Positions 10,178 through 21,412 are shown, counted from the stretch's first letter. The stretch: DNA of 64,000 nucleotides from an uncultured Acidobacteriota bacterium (GCA_963713825.1 CAVQNG010000034.1:64001-128000), one strand, 5' to 3'. Made by a program: numbers and translations. Notes: a model not told the origin generated them from the letters alone.

Positions 10178-12367
10178 TTGCCCGACAGTAACCGACGTAT
10201 CAAGATTCCGTGTCGCCAAGTAGCTGACATCGAGCTGCCCCGAGAAGTGGAGAGGCTCTACGACCTGGCCTACAACCTGTGGTGGAGTTGGACTCCGCGG
10301 GCGAGACAGCTGTTCTCATCGATCAAAGTCGATTCGTGGGCACGCTACCGCAACCCGGTGGACCTGTTGCTGAACGTGGATCGTCACCAATGGGAGCAGC
10401 TCATCAGCAGCGATGCCTTCATGGGCTCGTACTCGAGGCTGATGCAGGATTTCGATCGGTATCTGAACGGCGGGTCCGACACCTGGTTCGAGCGCCACTA
10501 CCCGGACCACGATGGCGGTCCGGTGGCGTATTTCTCGATGGAGTACGGCTTGGATCGTTCACTGGCCATCTACTCGGGTGGACTCGGGGTGCTCAGCGGT
10601 GACCACTGTAAGAGCGCCAGTGACCTGGGGCTACCATTCGTCGGTGTCGGTCTGCTGTACCGCTCCGGATATTTCAACCAGGCCATCGATGCCGACGGCA
10701 TTCAGCAGCACATCTACCCCGACTACGACTTCAATCGCCTGCCGGTCAGGCCGGCCATGGATGAAAGAGGCAGAGATGTGGTCGTTGGGATCCCCCTGCC
10801 TGGACGAGAAGTCCAGGCCAAGGTATGGGTTGCCGAGGTAGGCCGAGTTTCCATTCTGCTTCTGGATACGGACCTGCCCGCCAACGACCCGGCCGACCGG
10901 CCGATCGCCAAGGTCCTGTATGTGCGGGGTCGAGAGATGCGATTGGTCCAGGAGATGATTCTGGGAGTTGGAGGAGTGAAAGCGCTCGCGGCTCTGGGTA
11001 TCGAGCCCGCCTTGTGGCACATCAACGAAGGGCACAGCGTCCTGCTGCAACTGGAGAGGATGAGGACTGCAATCGTTGCCGAGGGGGTCGATTTCGAGAC
11101 CGCTCTGGAGAGGGTCGGCGAGAACGTGGCTTTCACGACGCACACTCCGGTGCCGGCAGGCAACGAGCAATTCGACCCCGATCTCGCCACCAGCTACCTC
11201 GAGCTGTGGTCCGAGCCCCTGGGCACGAGCTCCGAGCGCCTTCTGCAAGTGGGAAATCCGGACCATGGCGAACCCGACCAGCCCTTCAATTTGACGGCCT
11301 TCGCCTTGCGAACCAGCAGTTTCGCCAACGGTGTGAGTCGCTTGAACGCCGAGGTCGCGGATCGGATGTGGCGGCACCTGTTCGCCGATCCCCCGGCCGA
11401 GGAGCCGGTCGTGCAGCCGATTACCAACGGCATTCATCTCCCGACCTGGTTGGGAACCGAGCTCCAGAATCTTTTCGCCGTGCAGCTCGGACCAGACTGG
11501 CAAGAGAGGCTCCTCGATCCGAAAGCGTGGGAGTTTGTCTATCAGCTTGCCAATGAGGATCTCTGGGCAGCGCATCGGTCTCAGAAAGAGCGGCTGATGC
11601 GATTCTCGCGATCCCGTCTCCTGGAGCAGTACGCCCGGCACGGCCGACCACCTTCCAAGTTGAGAGAGGTGGCGGCATTCTTCTCGGACGAGGCATTGAC
11701 CATAGGTTTTGCACGCCGATTCGCAACCTACAAGAGAGCGGGACTGTTGTTCAGTGATCTGCACCGATTGAGGGGCATCGTTCGCAGCACAGAGAGGCCA
11801 GTGTGCATTCTCTTGGCAGGCAAGGCCCACCCAGCAGATCGACCCGCTCAGGAGCTCATCCAGCACCTGTTCATGCTCAGCCAAGAAGCCGATCTCGAGG
11901 GTCGAGTGGCCTTTATCGAAAATTACAACATGCGGGTTGGACGCATGCTGGTGCAGGGTGTGGATGTCTGGTTGAACACGCCTCGGCGACCGTTCGAGGC
12001 CAGTGGAACCAGCGGCCAGAAGGCTGCAGTCAACGGCGTTCTCAATTGCAGCATTCTCGATGGCTGGTGGCCGGAAGGCTTCGACGGTGAGAACGGTTGG
12101 TCGATCGGTGCCGGGGAGACTGCAGCCGAAGAGTGGCAGCAGGATCAGCACGATGCCAATTCGCTCTACTCGATTCTCGAGGAGCAAATTCTCCCCACCT
12201 ACTACGAGCGCGACCAGCAGGGTTTGCCGGTGCGATGGATCGAGATGATGAAGCGATCGATCGCCTCGATCGGAGCGCGCTTCTCGGCGAGTCGAATGGT
12301 TCGGGAGTACACTGATCGGGCGTACATGCCCCTGGCTGGCGCCAAAGTGAGTCCCGAACGGGACTAG
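10178..12367 (+). CDS. glgP: Alpha-glucan (glycogen/maltodextrin) phosphorylase
   Basis: YFSMEYG, YSGGLGVLSGDH, FARRFATYKR, EASGTSGQK (PLP lysine). Confidence 0.96.
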   Translation: MPDSNRRIKIPCRQVADIELPREVERLYDLAYNLWWSWTPRARQLFSSIKVDSWARYRNPVDLLLNVDRHQWEQLISSDAFMGSYSRLMQDFDRYLNGGSDTWFERHYPDHDGGPVAYFSMEYGLDRSLAIYSGGLGVLSGDHCKSASDLGLPFVGVGLLYRSGYFNQAIDADGIQQHIYPDYDFNRLPVRPAMDERGRDVVVGIPLPGREVQAKVWVAEVGRVSILLLDTDLPANDPADRPIAKVLYVRGREMRLVQEMILGVGGVKALAALGIEPALWHINEGHSVLLQLERMRTAIVAEGVDFETALERVGENVAFTTHTPVPAGNEQFDPDLATSYLELWSEPLGTSSERLLQVGNPDHGEPDQPFNLTAFALRTSSFANGVSRLNAEVADRMWRHLFADPPAEEPVVQPITNGIHLPTWLGTELQNLFAVQLGPDWQERLLDPKAWEFVYQLANEDLWAAHRSQKERLMRFSRSRLLEQYARHGRPPSKLREVAAFFSDEALTIGFARRFATYKRAGLLFSDLHRLRGIVRSTERPVCILLAGKAHPADRPAQELIQHLFMLSQEADLEGRVAFIENYNMRVGRMLVQGVDVWLNTPRRPFEASGTSGQKAAVNGVLNCSILDGWWPEGFDGENGWSIGAGETAAEEWQQDQHDANSLYSILEEQILPTYYERDQQGLPVRWIEMMKRSIASIGARFSASRMVREYTDRAYMPLAGAKVSPERD

Positions 12368-12436
12368 AGCTTCCATTGTCCGGAATTGTCCGATGCTGCC
12401 GCCGAGGATAGGGCATCCGTCGGAGGAGGACACTGC

Positions 12437-14251
12437 GTGACCACCATTCAGATCCTCGATGATCGACTGATCAGTCAGATCGCGGCCGGGGAAGTCGTCG
12501 AGCGTCCCGCCTCGGTCGTCAAGGAGTTGGTGGAGAATGCCATCGACGCCGGCGCCCGATCGATTCGGGTGGACCTCGAAGCAGGCGGCAAACGCTCCAT
12601 TCGGGTCATGGACGACGGTGTAGGCATGGATCGCAATGATGCTCTGCTGGCCTTCGATCGCCATGCTACGAGCAAGATCGAGAGCTTTGATGATCTTCAG
12701 GGCGTCGCAACGCTCGGCTTTCGGGGCGAGGCCCTTGCTGCCATCTCGGCTGTGGCCCGGGTCGAGCTGACCACTGCCAAGGAGCCTGGTGACGGACATC
12801 GCATCCGAATCGACGGAGGTCATATCCGCTCGGTGGAACCGGCGGCTCACCCGAAGGGTACCTTGGTCGAGGTTCGATCCCTGTTCTTCAATGTGCCGGC
12901 GCGTCGCAAGTTCCTCAAGACCGTTCCCACGGAGCTGCGCCGGGCAACAGAGGTCGTCCAGGGCTATGCCCTGGCCAGACCCGAGATCGGCTTCACCCTC
13001 TCACATGAAGGCCGGACACTTCTGGAGGCCTCGCCTGCCGGAGACGATCTTGACGCGGCCCGGCGACGGGTCGCCGAGCTCTTCGGTGCACCGGCGGGCC
13101 AGGAGCTGGTCGAGTTCTCTCGGCAGGGCGCTGGAGGGGAGCGGATCTGGGGGCTCGTAGGAAATCGCAAGCGGGGTCGCGGCAGGCGCATCTTCACGTT
13201 CGTCAATCGCCGGCTCCTGAGAGATCGAACCGTGATGGCTGCGTTCTATAGGACGGTCCGAGAGACCTGGCGGAGCGACGAATTCCCCGCCCTCTTCCTC
13301 TTCTTGGACATTCCACCCGAAGAAGTGGACGTCAACGTGCATCCGCAAAAGGCGGAAGTCCGGTTCAGGGATGGGCGATTCTTCGGCCGTCTCGCCTCTT
13401 GCCTGCAGGAGGCGCTGGAGCGAGCGAGAGGGGAGGAACCAGCGCCTCTAGCGGTGCCCGACGGCCTGCCCGGGACTCCATTCGTCTGGCAGGGACTCGG
13501 CGAGCGTTCCCATTCCTGGACTGGCCGGAAGGCTGATGGAGGTGACAGCGGTGAGGTCAGAGAGCTCGATGGGGAGTGGTCCGGGGAGGGAGACAGTCGA
13601 TTGGCCGATGTGTCATTCGCCCCTCTCGCCAGGTCACCAGTGCCCCTTACGGGCCGGTCGGGCGTGGCGCGACCATTTCGGCTTCTGGGACAGTACAAGG
13701 GCACCCTGATCCTGCTCGAAGGGCCTGATGGTCTCTATCTCGTGGATCAACACGTGGCCCACGAAAGGGTCTTGTACGAGCGATTCCGTCGCCAACTGGC
13801 AGACACTGTCGTCCGAAGCCAGCGCCTTCTGGACCCGATTCTTCTGGAGCTCGCTCCCGCCGAGGCCATGAAGCTGGCCGAGATGGGACCCGATCTCGAG
13901 CAACTGGGGTTCTCTCTGAGCGAAATGTCGGGCAACGTGGTGGCCGTCAGCGCCACTCCCGCGGTGTTGACTCCTGGGTTGGCGGAGCAGATGCTGGTCA
14001 GCCTGGCGAGCGAAACCGGCGAAAATGACTCGACTGCCGAGGAATTGAAAAGACGCCTGCTGGAAGCCCTGGCCGCAAGCCAGTCCTGCCGTGCAGCGGT
14101 GAAGATGCACCACCAGCTTTCCGCCGAGGAGATGGAGTCCCTGATGAGTGAGCTGTTCACAGCGGAACAGCCGTACGCCTGCCCTCACGGCAGGCCGATC
14201 GTGCTGAAAATGGCGGACATAGAGCTGGAGCGGCGGTTCGGCCGGAGGTGA
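12437..14251 (+). CDS. mutL: DNA mismatch repair endonuclease MutL
   Basis: IAAGEVVERPASVVKELVENAIDAG, GFRGEAL, endonuclease motifs DQHVAHERVLYE and CPHGRP. GGAGGA RBS before GTG 12437. Confidence 0.96.
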   Translation: MTTIQILDDRLISQIAAGEVVERPASVVKELVENAIDAGARSIRVDLEAGGKRSIRVMDDGVGMDRNDALLAFDRHATSKIESFDDLQGVATLGFRGEALAAISAVARVELTTAKEPGDGHRIRIDGGHIRSVEPAAHPKGTLVEVRSLFFNVPARRKFLKTVPTELRRATEVVQGYALARPEIGFTLSHEGRTLLEASPAGDDLDAARRRVAELFGAPAGQELVEFSRQGAGGERIWGLVGNRKRGRGRRIFTFVNRRLLRDRTVMAAFYRTVRETWRSDEFPALFLFLDIPPEEVDVNVHPQKAEVRFRDGRFFGRLASCLQEALERARGEEPAPLAVPDGLPGTPFVWQGLGERSHSWTGRKADGGDSGEVRELDGEWSGEGDSRLADVSFAPLARSPVPLTGRSGVARPFRLLGQYKGTLILLEGPDGLYLVDQHVAHERVLYERFRRQLADTVVRSQRLLDPILLELAPAEAMKLAEMGPDLEQLGFSLSEMSGNVVAVSATPAVLTPGLAEQMLVSLASETGENDSTAEELKRRLLEALAASQSCRAAVKMHHQLSAEEMESLMSELFTAEQPYACPHGRPIVLKMADIELERRFGRR

Positions 14252-14308
14252 GTCGCCGTCGACCTTCGAGGTCGCAGCGGCGCCGGGGCAGTGCTAGCAT
14301 GGCGCGCG

Positions 14309-15034
14309 ATGTTGGAGAACCTTGTATCGCTCGGCGAACTCGAGGAACGGCTTCGATACCACTTCGAGAATTCGAGGCTGCTCGAAGCGGCTCTCACCCA
14401 TACGTCCTGGGCCAACGAACATGGGGTGGATGACGACTACGAGAGGCTGGAGTTCCTCGGCGATGCGATCGTGGGTGCCGTGGCGGCCAGCTGGCTCTAC
14501 GAACGACGTCCGGATCTGGACGAAGGGGAGCTCTCGAAGCTCAAAAGCTACGTCGTTAGCGAGTCTGTCCTGGCAGCGCATGCCGAGCATCTCGGCCTTG
14601 GAGAGTATCTCCGCCTGGGAGTGGGGGAGATCCGGTCGGGGGGACGTGAGAAGCGATCTTTGTTGGCCGATGCCATGGAGGCTGTGATCGGCGCGGTGTT
14701 TCAGGATGGCGGGCTCGAGGCGGCGCAGCGGATCGCTCAGCAGCTCTTGGAGATGGCGCTGGGCGAAGAGATCGAGATTCCAGAGGTGCAAGACTCGAAG
14801 ACCGCTCTGCAAGAGGCTGTCCAGGCTACGGGTGGACACCTGCCGGAGTATCGCCACGTGGCCGAGGAGGGGCCGGATCACAGGAAGCGGTTTCATGTCG
14901 AGTGCTGGGTCGAAGGCCGTCTTCTGGGTGATGGCGACGGCAGCACGAAGAAGCAGGCCGAGCAAAGCGCTGCCCGGACAGCCCTGGCGGCACTGAACCA
15001 TGAACCACCGGAGAGCGACACGGCTCTTCATTGA
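14309..15034 (+). CDS. rnc: Ribonuclease III
   Basis: ALTHTS, ERLEFLGDA signature, LADAMEAVIGA, C-terminal dsRBD (KTALQE, KKQAEQ). Confidence 0.96.
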   Translation: MLENLVSLGELEERLRYHFENSRLLEAALTHTSWANEHGVDDDYERLEFLGDAIVGAVAASWLYERRPDLDEGELSKLKSYVVSESVLAAHAEHLGLGEYLRLGVGEIRSGGREKRSLLADAMEAVIGAVFQDGGLEAAQRIAQQLLEMALGEEIEIPEVQDSKTALQEAVQATGGHLPEYRHVAEEGPDHRKRFHVECWVEGRLLGDGDGSTKKQAEQSAARTALAALNHEPPESDTALH

Positions 15035-15075
15035 CCAGCAACCACCGAGTGCGTGGGGCGCGATAGGACTGAAAG

Positions 15076-16362
15076 ATGCAGAGGATCAAGGAGCTGCCGA
15101 AGCGAATCGGTGAAGAAGTCGTCCTGCAGGGCTGGCTGACGACCGCTCGATCGAGCGGCAAGATCGCCTTCCTGCAAGTTAGGGATGGTAGCGGCGTCGT
15201 TCAGGCCGTCGCCAGTCGGGGAGAGCTTTCCGAGCTCGCCTGGGAGGAGGTGCAGAAAGCAACCCAGGAATCCGCCATTCGGGTGACGGGCAATGTCAGT
15301 GAAGACCCTCGATCACCGAGCGGTGTCGAGATCCACTTGAGCGATTTCTCCGTTCTTCATCTGTCGGAGGATTTTCCCATCACCAAGAAGGAGCACGGCA
15401 CCGGCTTTTTGATGGAAAACCGACACCTTTGGCTGCGGTCCAGTCGGCAGCGGGCGGCGCTGAAGATCCGCAGCGAAGTGTGCCAGGCCATCCGCGATTT
15501 CCACTACGAGCGGGACTTTGTTCTCATCGACTCACCCATCCTGACTCCAGCTGCGTGCGAGGGGACTTCCACCCTCTTCGAGACAGACTACTTCGGGGAG
15601 CAAGCCTACCTGAGTCAGTCTGGGCAGCTCTACCTCGAGCCAGCTGCGGCGGTCTTTGGCAAGGTGTACTGTTTCGGGCCCACCTTTAGAGCCGAGAAAT
15701 CGAAGACGAGACGTCACCTCATGGAGTTCTGGATGGTCGAGCCCGAGGTGGCCTTCTTGGAGTTCGCTGGGCTATGTGACCTGGCTGAGGAGTTCATCAG
15801 CTACCTGGTGGCCAGGGTCCTCGAGCGTGGCGCTGAGGAGTTGAAGGTGTTGGAGAGAGAGACCGCCAAGCTCGAAGCTGCAACGAGCCCGTTTCCGAGG
15901 ATTACCTACACCGAAGCCGTGGCGAAGCTCAAAGAGGCAGGAGTGTCGATCGAGTGGGGCGAGGACTTCGGTGGCGATGATGAGACGATTCTGGCCGAGC
16001 AGTTCGATCGGCCCGTTCTCGTGACGCATTATCCGACCGCTCTCAAGGCCTTCTACATGGAGCCCGATCCGGAGAATCCGGAGTTGGCCCTGGCTGTCGA
16101 TGTGCTGGCACCGGAAGGATACGGTGAGATCATCGGGGGAAGCCAGAGGATTCACGATCATGATCTGCTCAAGCGACGTCTCGAGGAGCACGAGCTGCCG
16201 CTCGAGGCCTTCCAGTGGTATCTGGATGTGCGGCGGTACGGCACGTTTCCCCACAGTGGATTCGGCATGGGTATCGAGCGATTCGTGGCCTGGGTGTGCG
16301 GCTTGAAGCACCTGCGAGAGACCATTCCCTACCCGCGAATGCTGAACAAGATCTACCCCTAG
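15076..16362 (+). CDS. asnS: Asparagine--tRNA ligase
   Basis: N-terminal OB fold, [55 protein letters not shown]. Confidence 0.95.
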   Translation: MQRIKELPKRIGEEVVLQGWLTTARSSGKIAFLQVRDGSGVVQAVASRGELSELAWEEVQKATQESAIRVTGNVSEDPRSPSGVEIHLSDFSVLHLSEDFPITKKEHGTGFLMENRHLWLRSSRQRAALKIRSEVCQAIRDFHYERDFVLIDSPILTPAACEGTSTLFETDYFGEQAYLSQSGQLYLEPAAAVFGKVYCFGPTFRAEKSKTRRHLMEFWMVEPEVAFLEFAGLCDLAEEFISYLVARVLERGAEELKVLERETAKLEAATSPFPRITYTEAVAKLKEAGVSIEWGEDFGGDDETILAEQFDRPVLVTHYPTALKAFYMEPDPENPELALAVDVLAPEGYGEIIGGSQRIHDHDLLKRRLEEHELPLEAFQWYLDVRRYGTFPHSGFGMGIERFVAWVCGLKHLRETIPYPRMLNKIYP

Positions 16363-16376
16363 AACCCCGGTTCGAG

Positions 16377-17282
16377 TTGGCGGAATCCTCACGTTCCCTC
16401 ACCTACGCCGCCCTGGCGGTGCTGATCCTGATCTGGGGTACAACCTGGGCGGTGATCCGCATCGGCCTGCGGGGTTTGCCGCCGTTCACCGGAGTTGCGA
16501 TGCGATTCGGCATCGCGGCCATCGTGCTTTTCGCGGTAGCTCGGGCCTTCGGGGTGAGGCCGGATCGGGGTCGTCGAGCTCGGGTCCTGGGAGCCGTCAA
16601 CGCCGCCCTGGCGTTCTCGTTGTCCTACGGCGTCGTCTACTGGGCGGAGCAGTGGGTGCCGTCTGGCCTGGCCTCCGTTCTGTTCTCCACCTTTCCCTTG
16701 ATGGTCGCGGGGTTGGCCCATTTCGCGCTGCCCGGGGAGCGCATTCAACTCGCCTCTGCGGCCGGAATTCTCGTCGGATTCTTGGGGGTCTTGGTGATTT
16801 TTTCAGAGGATCTGGCAGCCCTGGGCGGGCAGCAGGCAGTCACGGCTTCGATCGTGTTCCTGCTGTCTCCCCTGGCTGCTGCAGTCGCGAATGTGGTGGT
16901 CAAGCGCTGGGGCAAGGGCGTCCATCCATTGTCGCTGACAGCCCCCCCCATGGCCGCTACCGCCGTGATCATGGGTGTCCTGGCCGTGATCTTCGAGAGA
17001 GGCCGGCAACTTTCGTTCGACGCGAGCTCTGTGGGGGCTTTGCTCTATCTCGCGATTGCTGGCACCGCGGTGACGTTCTTCCTCTACTTCTGGCTCCTGG
17101 ATCGCTTGCCGGCGACGCGGCTGTCACTCATCACCTACGGGATACCGGTTGTTGCCGTGACAGTCGGTACTCTCGGGCTTGGAGAGCCATTTACTGGTCG
17201 AATGCTCATGGGCTCAGGCCTGGTTCTGGTGGGCGTGTCGCTGGCGGTTGGGCTGTCGCCGGGCAATAAGAGCTCGACGTAG
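16377..17282 (+). CDS. EamA/DMT family transporter
   Basis: LILIWGTTWAVIRIGL, two ~5-TM repeats, LGEP near the C-terminus. Start TTG 16377 is approximate. Confidence 0.88.
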   Translation: MAESSRSLTYAALAVLILIWGTTWAVIRIGLRGLPPFTGVAMRFGIAAIVLFAVARAFGVRPDRGRRARVLGAVNAALAFSLSYGVVYWAEQWVPSGLASVLFSTFPLMVAGLAHFALPGERIQLASAAGILVGFLGVLVIFSEDLAALGGQQAVTASIVFLLSPLAAAVANVVVKRWGKGVHPLSLTAPPMAATAVIMGVLAVIFERGRQLSFDASSVGALLYLAIAGTAVTFFLYFWLLDRLPATRLSLITYGIPVVAVTVGTLGLGEPFTGRMLMGSGLVLVGVSLAVGLSPGNKSST

Positions 17283-17331
17283 CCACCGTTCGTCTGCTTG
17301 CCGGAGGTTGTTGCAGAGAACGAGCCGAGGC

Positions 17332-18453
17332 TCAGGGTGCCTCGATACCCCGATTGTTGCGACGGAATAGGGTCTTCCAGGTCTTGAGATCAGCGGCAAG
17401 CTCCCTCAAGGCCGACGCCCAGGAGCCCCTGGCTATGCTCCATACGAGAAGAGCCGCCAGGAGCACGGCAGAAGCCACTTCTACCAGGCCGGCAGATTCT
17501 CCGGCCCCGATCGCGATCGGTGGACGCAGGGTCATGCCGAGACGATCGAGAGCCAGATCGAGCCCGTAGCCCATTCCAAGAGCGGTTACGATGACGCTAC
17601 CGAGGTAGATGGCGACGAACCTCCTGCCGAAGACCTTCGCGATGACAACCAGCGACGAGGCGTTGGTGGCCGGGCCGGCGAGTAGAAAGACCAGCGCCGC
17701 TCCGGGACTGATTCCTTTGAGCATGAGGGCTGCGGCGACCGGCGTGCTGGCGGAGGCGCACATGTAGAGCGGTACGCCCATCAGCAACATCGTGAAGAGG
17801 GCCCGCGAACCCTGGCCTACCGCGGTCTCCACGAGGCTGTCGGGGACCAGGGCGGTGATGACTCCGGTAAGCAGGAAACCACTGACCAGCCAGAACCCGA
17901 TCTCGTCCACCATGGTGACGAAACCGTAGCGCAGGGCGCGCTGGGTGAGTTGTCGTGGTCCCTCGGAACGAACGGAGGGTGAACAGCACTGGTCCGGCGC
18001 CGGATCGCTCTTGGACCCGACTTCGGGATCCTTCTCAGGGTCCCTGGGCGCGAGCAGTGAGGAAGCAGCTGCCACCAGGCTTGTCACGAGCGCGGCGATG
18101 GGTCGCAGTACTGCCATCAGAGGTCCCATCAGACCCCAGGTGAGCAGGATCGAGTCGACACCTGTCTCCGGTGTTGAGACGAGGAATGCCAGGCTGGCCT
18201 CGCGGCTGGCGCCTTTTCTGGACAGCTCGATGGTCACAGGAACCACAGCGCAGGAGCACAGAGGTAAAGGTATTCCGAGGCAGGCGGCGCGAAACGTGGC
18301 GCCGAATCCCGGCTTCCCGAGCCATCTCGAGATCTTCTCCGATGGAATCAAGACCGCCATCAGGCCCGCGGCTCCGAGCCCCAGGACTACGTAAGGGCTG
18401 GCGACGAGAAATACGCCCCAGGTGGCATTCAGGATCTCGATCAAGGTAGCCAT
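17332..18453 (-). CDS. DUF318/ArsP-like (SO_0444-type) permease, putative metal efflux
   Basis: GIPLPLCSCAVVP, FLVSTPETGVDS, PLYMCASASTP, FLLAGPATN. Multi-TM. Confidence 0.85.
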   Translation of the reverse strand: MATLIEILNATWGVFLVASPYVVLGLGAAGLMAVLIPSEKISRWLGKPGFGATFRAACLGIPLPLCSCAVVPVTIELSRKGASREASLAFLVSTPETGVDSILLTWGLMGPLMAVLRPIAALVTSLVAAASSLLAPRDPEKDPEVGSKSDPAPDQCCSPSVRSEGPRQLTQRALRYGFVTMVDEIGFWLVSGFLLTGVITALVPDSLVETAVGQGSRALFTMLLMGVPLYMCASASTPVAAALMLKGISPGAALVFLLAGPATNASSLVVIAKVFGRRFVAIYLGSVIVTALGMGYGLDLALDRLGMTLRPPIAIGAGESAGLVEVASAVLLAALLVWSIARGSWASALRELAADLKTWKTLFRRNNRGIEAP

Positions 18454-18560
18454 GGTTTTGCCGCGCTGATGGTAGCTGTGCTCCACTTCTGGAGGCAAAT
18501 CCAGGCATCCGATTCGACAGTGGGTTCGATCTCTGTGGTTTGCTAGACTCTGCGGCGCTC

Positions 18561-19934
18561 ATGGATACGAAGAAGCCAGCCCAGCGGGTGGGGATGATCA
18601 GTCTCGGTTGCCCGAAGAACCGGGTCGACAGCGAGATCATGCTGGGTGAGCTCCGCAAGCGGGGGCACGAAATCGTCAGTGAGATCGGCGATGCCGAAAC
18701 CGTCATCGTCAATACCTGTGGCTTCATCGAGGGGGCGAAGCAGGAGTCCATCGACACCATTCTGGAAGTCGCGGCCGCGAAGCAGAGTGGTGTGAAACAG
18801 GTGCTCGTGGCTGGTTGCATGGTGAATCGGGATGCGCCCGAGCTTGCACGGGAGATTCCCGAGATCGATGGCTTCATTGGACTGGACGACCTGCGAGATG
18901 TGGACAAGCTCGTCCAATTGGGCGGTGCCGAGCCGCGACCGCCATCGCCTTCCCACCTCGTCTTCGATCATCAAGCCGAGCGACTTCTGACGACTCCGGG
19001 CTATGCCTACCTGAAGGTTGCGGAGGGATGCGACAACCCGTGCACGTTCTGTGCGATCCCGTTGTGGCGCGGGCGATTCCGCAGCCGAACGATCACCAGC
19101 CTCGTGGAGGAGGCTCGGCGCGTGGAACGCGAGGGGGCTCGTGAGCTGTGCCTCATCGCCCAGGATACGACGCGCTACGGTGAGGACATTGGATTGGGGC
19201 GACACGGTCTGCTGCGACTGGTTGAAGAGCTTTTGTCGTCGACCTCGTTCACGTGGATTCGTTTCCTCTACGCCTACCCGACAACCCTGGACATCAAGTT
19301 GCTCGAGCTCATGGGCCAGGAAGAGCGCTTCGTTTCCTACGTCGACATGCCGCTCCAACACAGCCATCGAGAGATTCTCCGAGCCATGCAGCGCGGTGGA
19401 TCGGGCGAAACCTATCTGGAGTTGCTGGAGACGATCCGCGCCCTGGTTCCTGATGTCTTCCTACGCTCGACCTTCATTGTCGGTTTTCCTGGAGAGGAGG
19501 AGAACCACTTCCAACACCTCATGGACTTCGTGGAGCAGGCTCGTCTCGACCACGTGGGAGCTTTCGCCTACAGTCCCGAGGTAGATACCCCGGCCGCCGA
19601 GTTGCGAGGGCGAGTTCCGAGGACTCTCGCCAGAAACCGGTATGAGCAACTTCTGGAGCGCCAGCGTCCGATCTCTCTGGCGAGTCGGGAGCGGTTGGTT
19701 GGAAAGCGCCTGCAGGTCCTGGTCGAGGGCGCCTGCGACGAGTCGGAGCATCTGCTGGAAGGGCGCCACTACGGCATGGCCCCGGACATCGACGGCAGGC
19801 TCTTGATCAATGATGGGCTGGCACCGGCAGGCGAGATTGTGGAGGTCGAGATCACGGCAGCCTTCCCGGATGATCTGGTGGGGCGAATCGTTGGCCCCCG
19901 CTCAGTCCCCGGAATCCAGATTGCCGGCGGATGA
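18561..19934 (+). CDS. rimO: Ribosomal protein S12 methylthiotransferase
   Basis: SLGCPKNRVDSE, NTCGFI, radical SAM motif CDNPCTFC, C-terminal TRAM (APDIDG). Confidence 0.95.
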   Translation: MDTKKPAQRVGMISLGCPKNRVDSEIMLGELRKRGHEIVSEIGDAETVIVNTCGFIEGAKQESIDTILEVAAAKQSGVKQVLVAGCMVNRDAPELAREIPEIDGFIGLDDLRDVDKLVQLGGAEPRPPSPSHLVFDHQAERLLTTPGYAYLKVAEGCDNPCTFCAIPLWRGRFRSRTITSLVEEARRVEREGARELCLIAQDTTRYGEDIGLGRHGLLRLVEELLSSTSFTWIRFLYAYPTTLDIKLLELMGQEERFVSYVDMPLQHSHREILRAMQRGGSGETYLELLETIRALVPDVFLRSTFIVGFPGEEENHFQHLMDFVEQARLDHVGAFAYSPEVDTPAAELRGRVPRTLARNRYEQLLERQRPISLASRERLVGKRLQVLVEGACDESEHLLEGRHYGMAPDIDGRLLINDGLAPAGEIVEVEITAAFPDDLVGRIVGPRSVPGIQIAGG

Positions 19935-20920
19935 CGGACGACTTTGCTGCCATGGTAGTCATCGAAGATGCTTGGCGTTGGCCCGAATCTCGCGGCCCCA
20001 GCGTTGTCACCATCGGCAATTTCGATGGCATTCACATCGGTCAACAGGCGATCCTGGATCAACTCGTGAAGCGTCAACGGGCTACGGGGCTCGATTCGGT
20101 AATGGTGACCTTCGAGCCCCACCCACAGACCGTGCTGCGACCGAGTCAATCGCCTCCGCACCTCACGACCCGCAGTCAGAAGCGTGCGTTGGTGGAGCGC
20201 CTGGGGGTGGCCACGATCGCCGAGGTGCGATTCGACGAGGCATTCGCGGAGACGACTGCAGCGCAGTTCGTCGAGACCTTCTTGCACGAGAAGCTCCAGG
20301 CAGTCGAAGTCTATGTGGGGAGCCAGTTCGTTTTCGGGCGTCGCAAGGAGGGGAACCTCGACCTGCTGCAGGAGCTTGGGGGCTCTCTCGGCTTCGAAGC
20401 GTTCGGTGTCGAGGAAGTGGTCTTTGATGGTCGAGCCGTGTCGAGCACCCGGATCCGCCAGGCGATTCATGAGGGCGGCGTCATGGACGCCGCCGCAATG
20501 CTGGGCAGGGCCTATTCCATCTACGGCACCGTTGTGCGTGGAGACGGACGGGGCAAGCTGCTGGGCTGGCCGACGATCAACGTCGCCACGGCTCACGAGT
20601 TGCTACCGAGGGATGGCGTCTACGCATCGAAGGCGTGGCTCCCCGCGGCGGGCCAACTGTTGAATTCGGTGACCAACGTCGGGTCTCGTCCGACCTTCTC
20701 CGCAGGTGGCCAGAGAGTGGTCGAAAGTCATCTCCTGGACTTCGACGAGCAGATCTATGGCAAGAGGGTAGAATTGTGCTTCCTCGAGAGGCTGCGCGGA
20801 GAGCAGGCCTTCCCTTCGGCCGGGGCGCTCACCAGCCAGATCGAACAGGATGTAGGGCAAGCGCGAGAATACTTGCAGCAGGAGAATTGTTTAGAGTTCA
20901 TGCCGACGATCGGCGAGTGA
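19931..20920 (+). CDS. ribF: Bifunctional riboflavin kinase/FAD synthetase
   Basis: TIGNFDGIHIGQ, TFEPHP, VSSTRIR, GKLLGWPTIN, VESHLLDF. Confidence 0.95.
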   Translation: MTDDFAAMVVIEDAWRWPESRGPSVVTIGNFDGIHIGQQAILDQLVKRQRATGLDSVMVTFEPHPQTVLRPSQSPPHLTTRSQKRALVERLGVATIAEVRFDEAFAETTAAQFVETFLHEKLQAVEVYVGSQFVFGRRKEGNLDLLQELGGSLGFEAFGVEEVVFDGRAVSSTRIRQAIHEGGVMDAAAMLGRAYSIYGTVVRGDGRGKLLGWPTINVATAHELLPRDGVYASKAWLPAAGQLLNSVTNVGSRPTFSAGGQRVVESHLLDFDEQIYGKRVELCFLERLRGEQAFPSAGALTSQIEQDVGQAREYLQQENCLEFMPTIGE

Positions 20921-20994
20921 TGCCGACCGGATGGTGTCGAGCGAATCAACCACTTTGTGAAGCTTCAGGAAGAAGACAACCAAGGAAGGAACCC

Positions 20995-21321
20995 ATGGCA
21001 GACAACATTACGACAGTCAGTTCCGAGAGCTGGGAAGACGATGTGTTGAACTCCGACAGACCCGTCCTGGTCGATTTCTGGGCGGCTTGGTGTGGCCCGT
21101 GCAAGATGGTGGCCCCGGTTCTCGATGAGTTGGCTGGTGAGATGGGCGACAAGGTGCGGGTCGCCAAGTTGAATGTCGATGAGAACCAAGAGATAGCTCT
21201 GAAGTATGGCGTCAGGGGAATCCCGACCTTCATTCTGTTCAAAGATGGCGAAGTCGCGGACCGGATGACCGGAGCGATGCCCAAGAGTGCCTTCGAGCAG
21301 CTCATCGAGCGCAACACCTGA
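20995..21321 (+). CDS. trxA: Thioredoxin
   Basis: VDFWAAWCGPCK, VRGIPT. AAGGAAGGA RBS before ATG 20995. Confidence 0.97.
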   Translation: MADNITTVSSESWEDDVLNSDRPVLVDFWAAWCGPCKMVAPVLDELAGEMGDKVRVAKLNVDENQEIALKYGVRGIPTFILFKDGEVADRMTGAMPKSAFEQLIERNT

Positions 21322-21412
21322 GCACTGTGTGGGCAGGTATTTCTGGTCGGGAGAGGCTGGCCTCGACCGGGGCCCCTCCCGGTGTCGGGTGTCATGAAGG
21401 GGCCAGTCTGCG

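Noticed and set aside
10631-12850. 739-aa minus-strand ORF
   Set aside because: Antisense to glgP and mutL, which have clear family motifs.
12437-14251. mutL without adjacent mutS or mutH
   Set aside because: Common arrangement; this MutL has its own endonuclease motifs.
20635-20994. N-terminal extension of thioredoxin
   Set aside because: Overlaps ribF; a strong RBS precedes ATG 20995.
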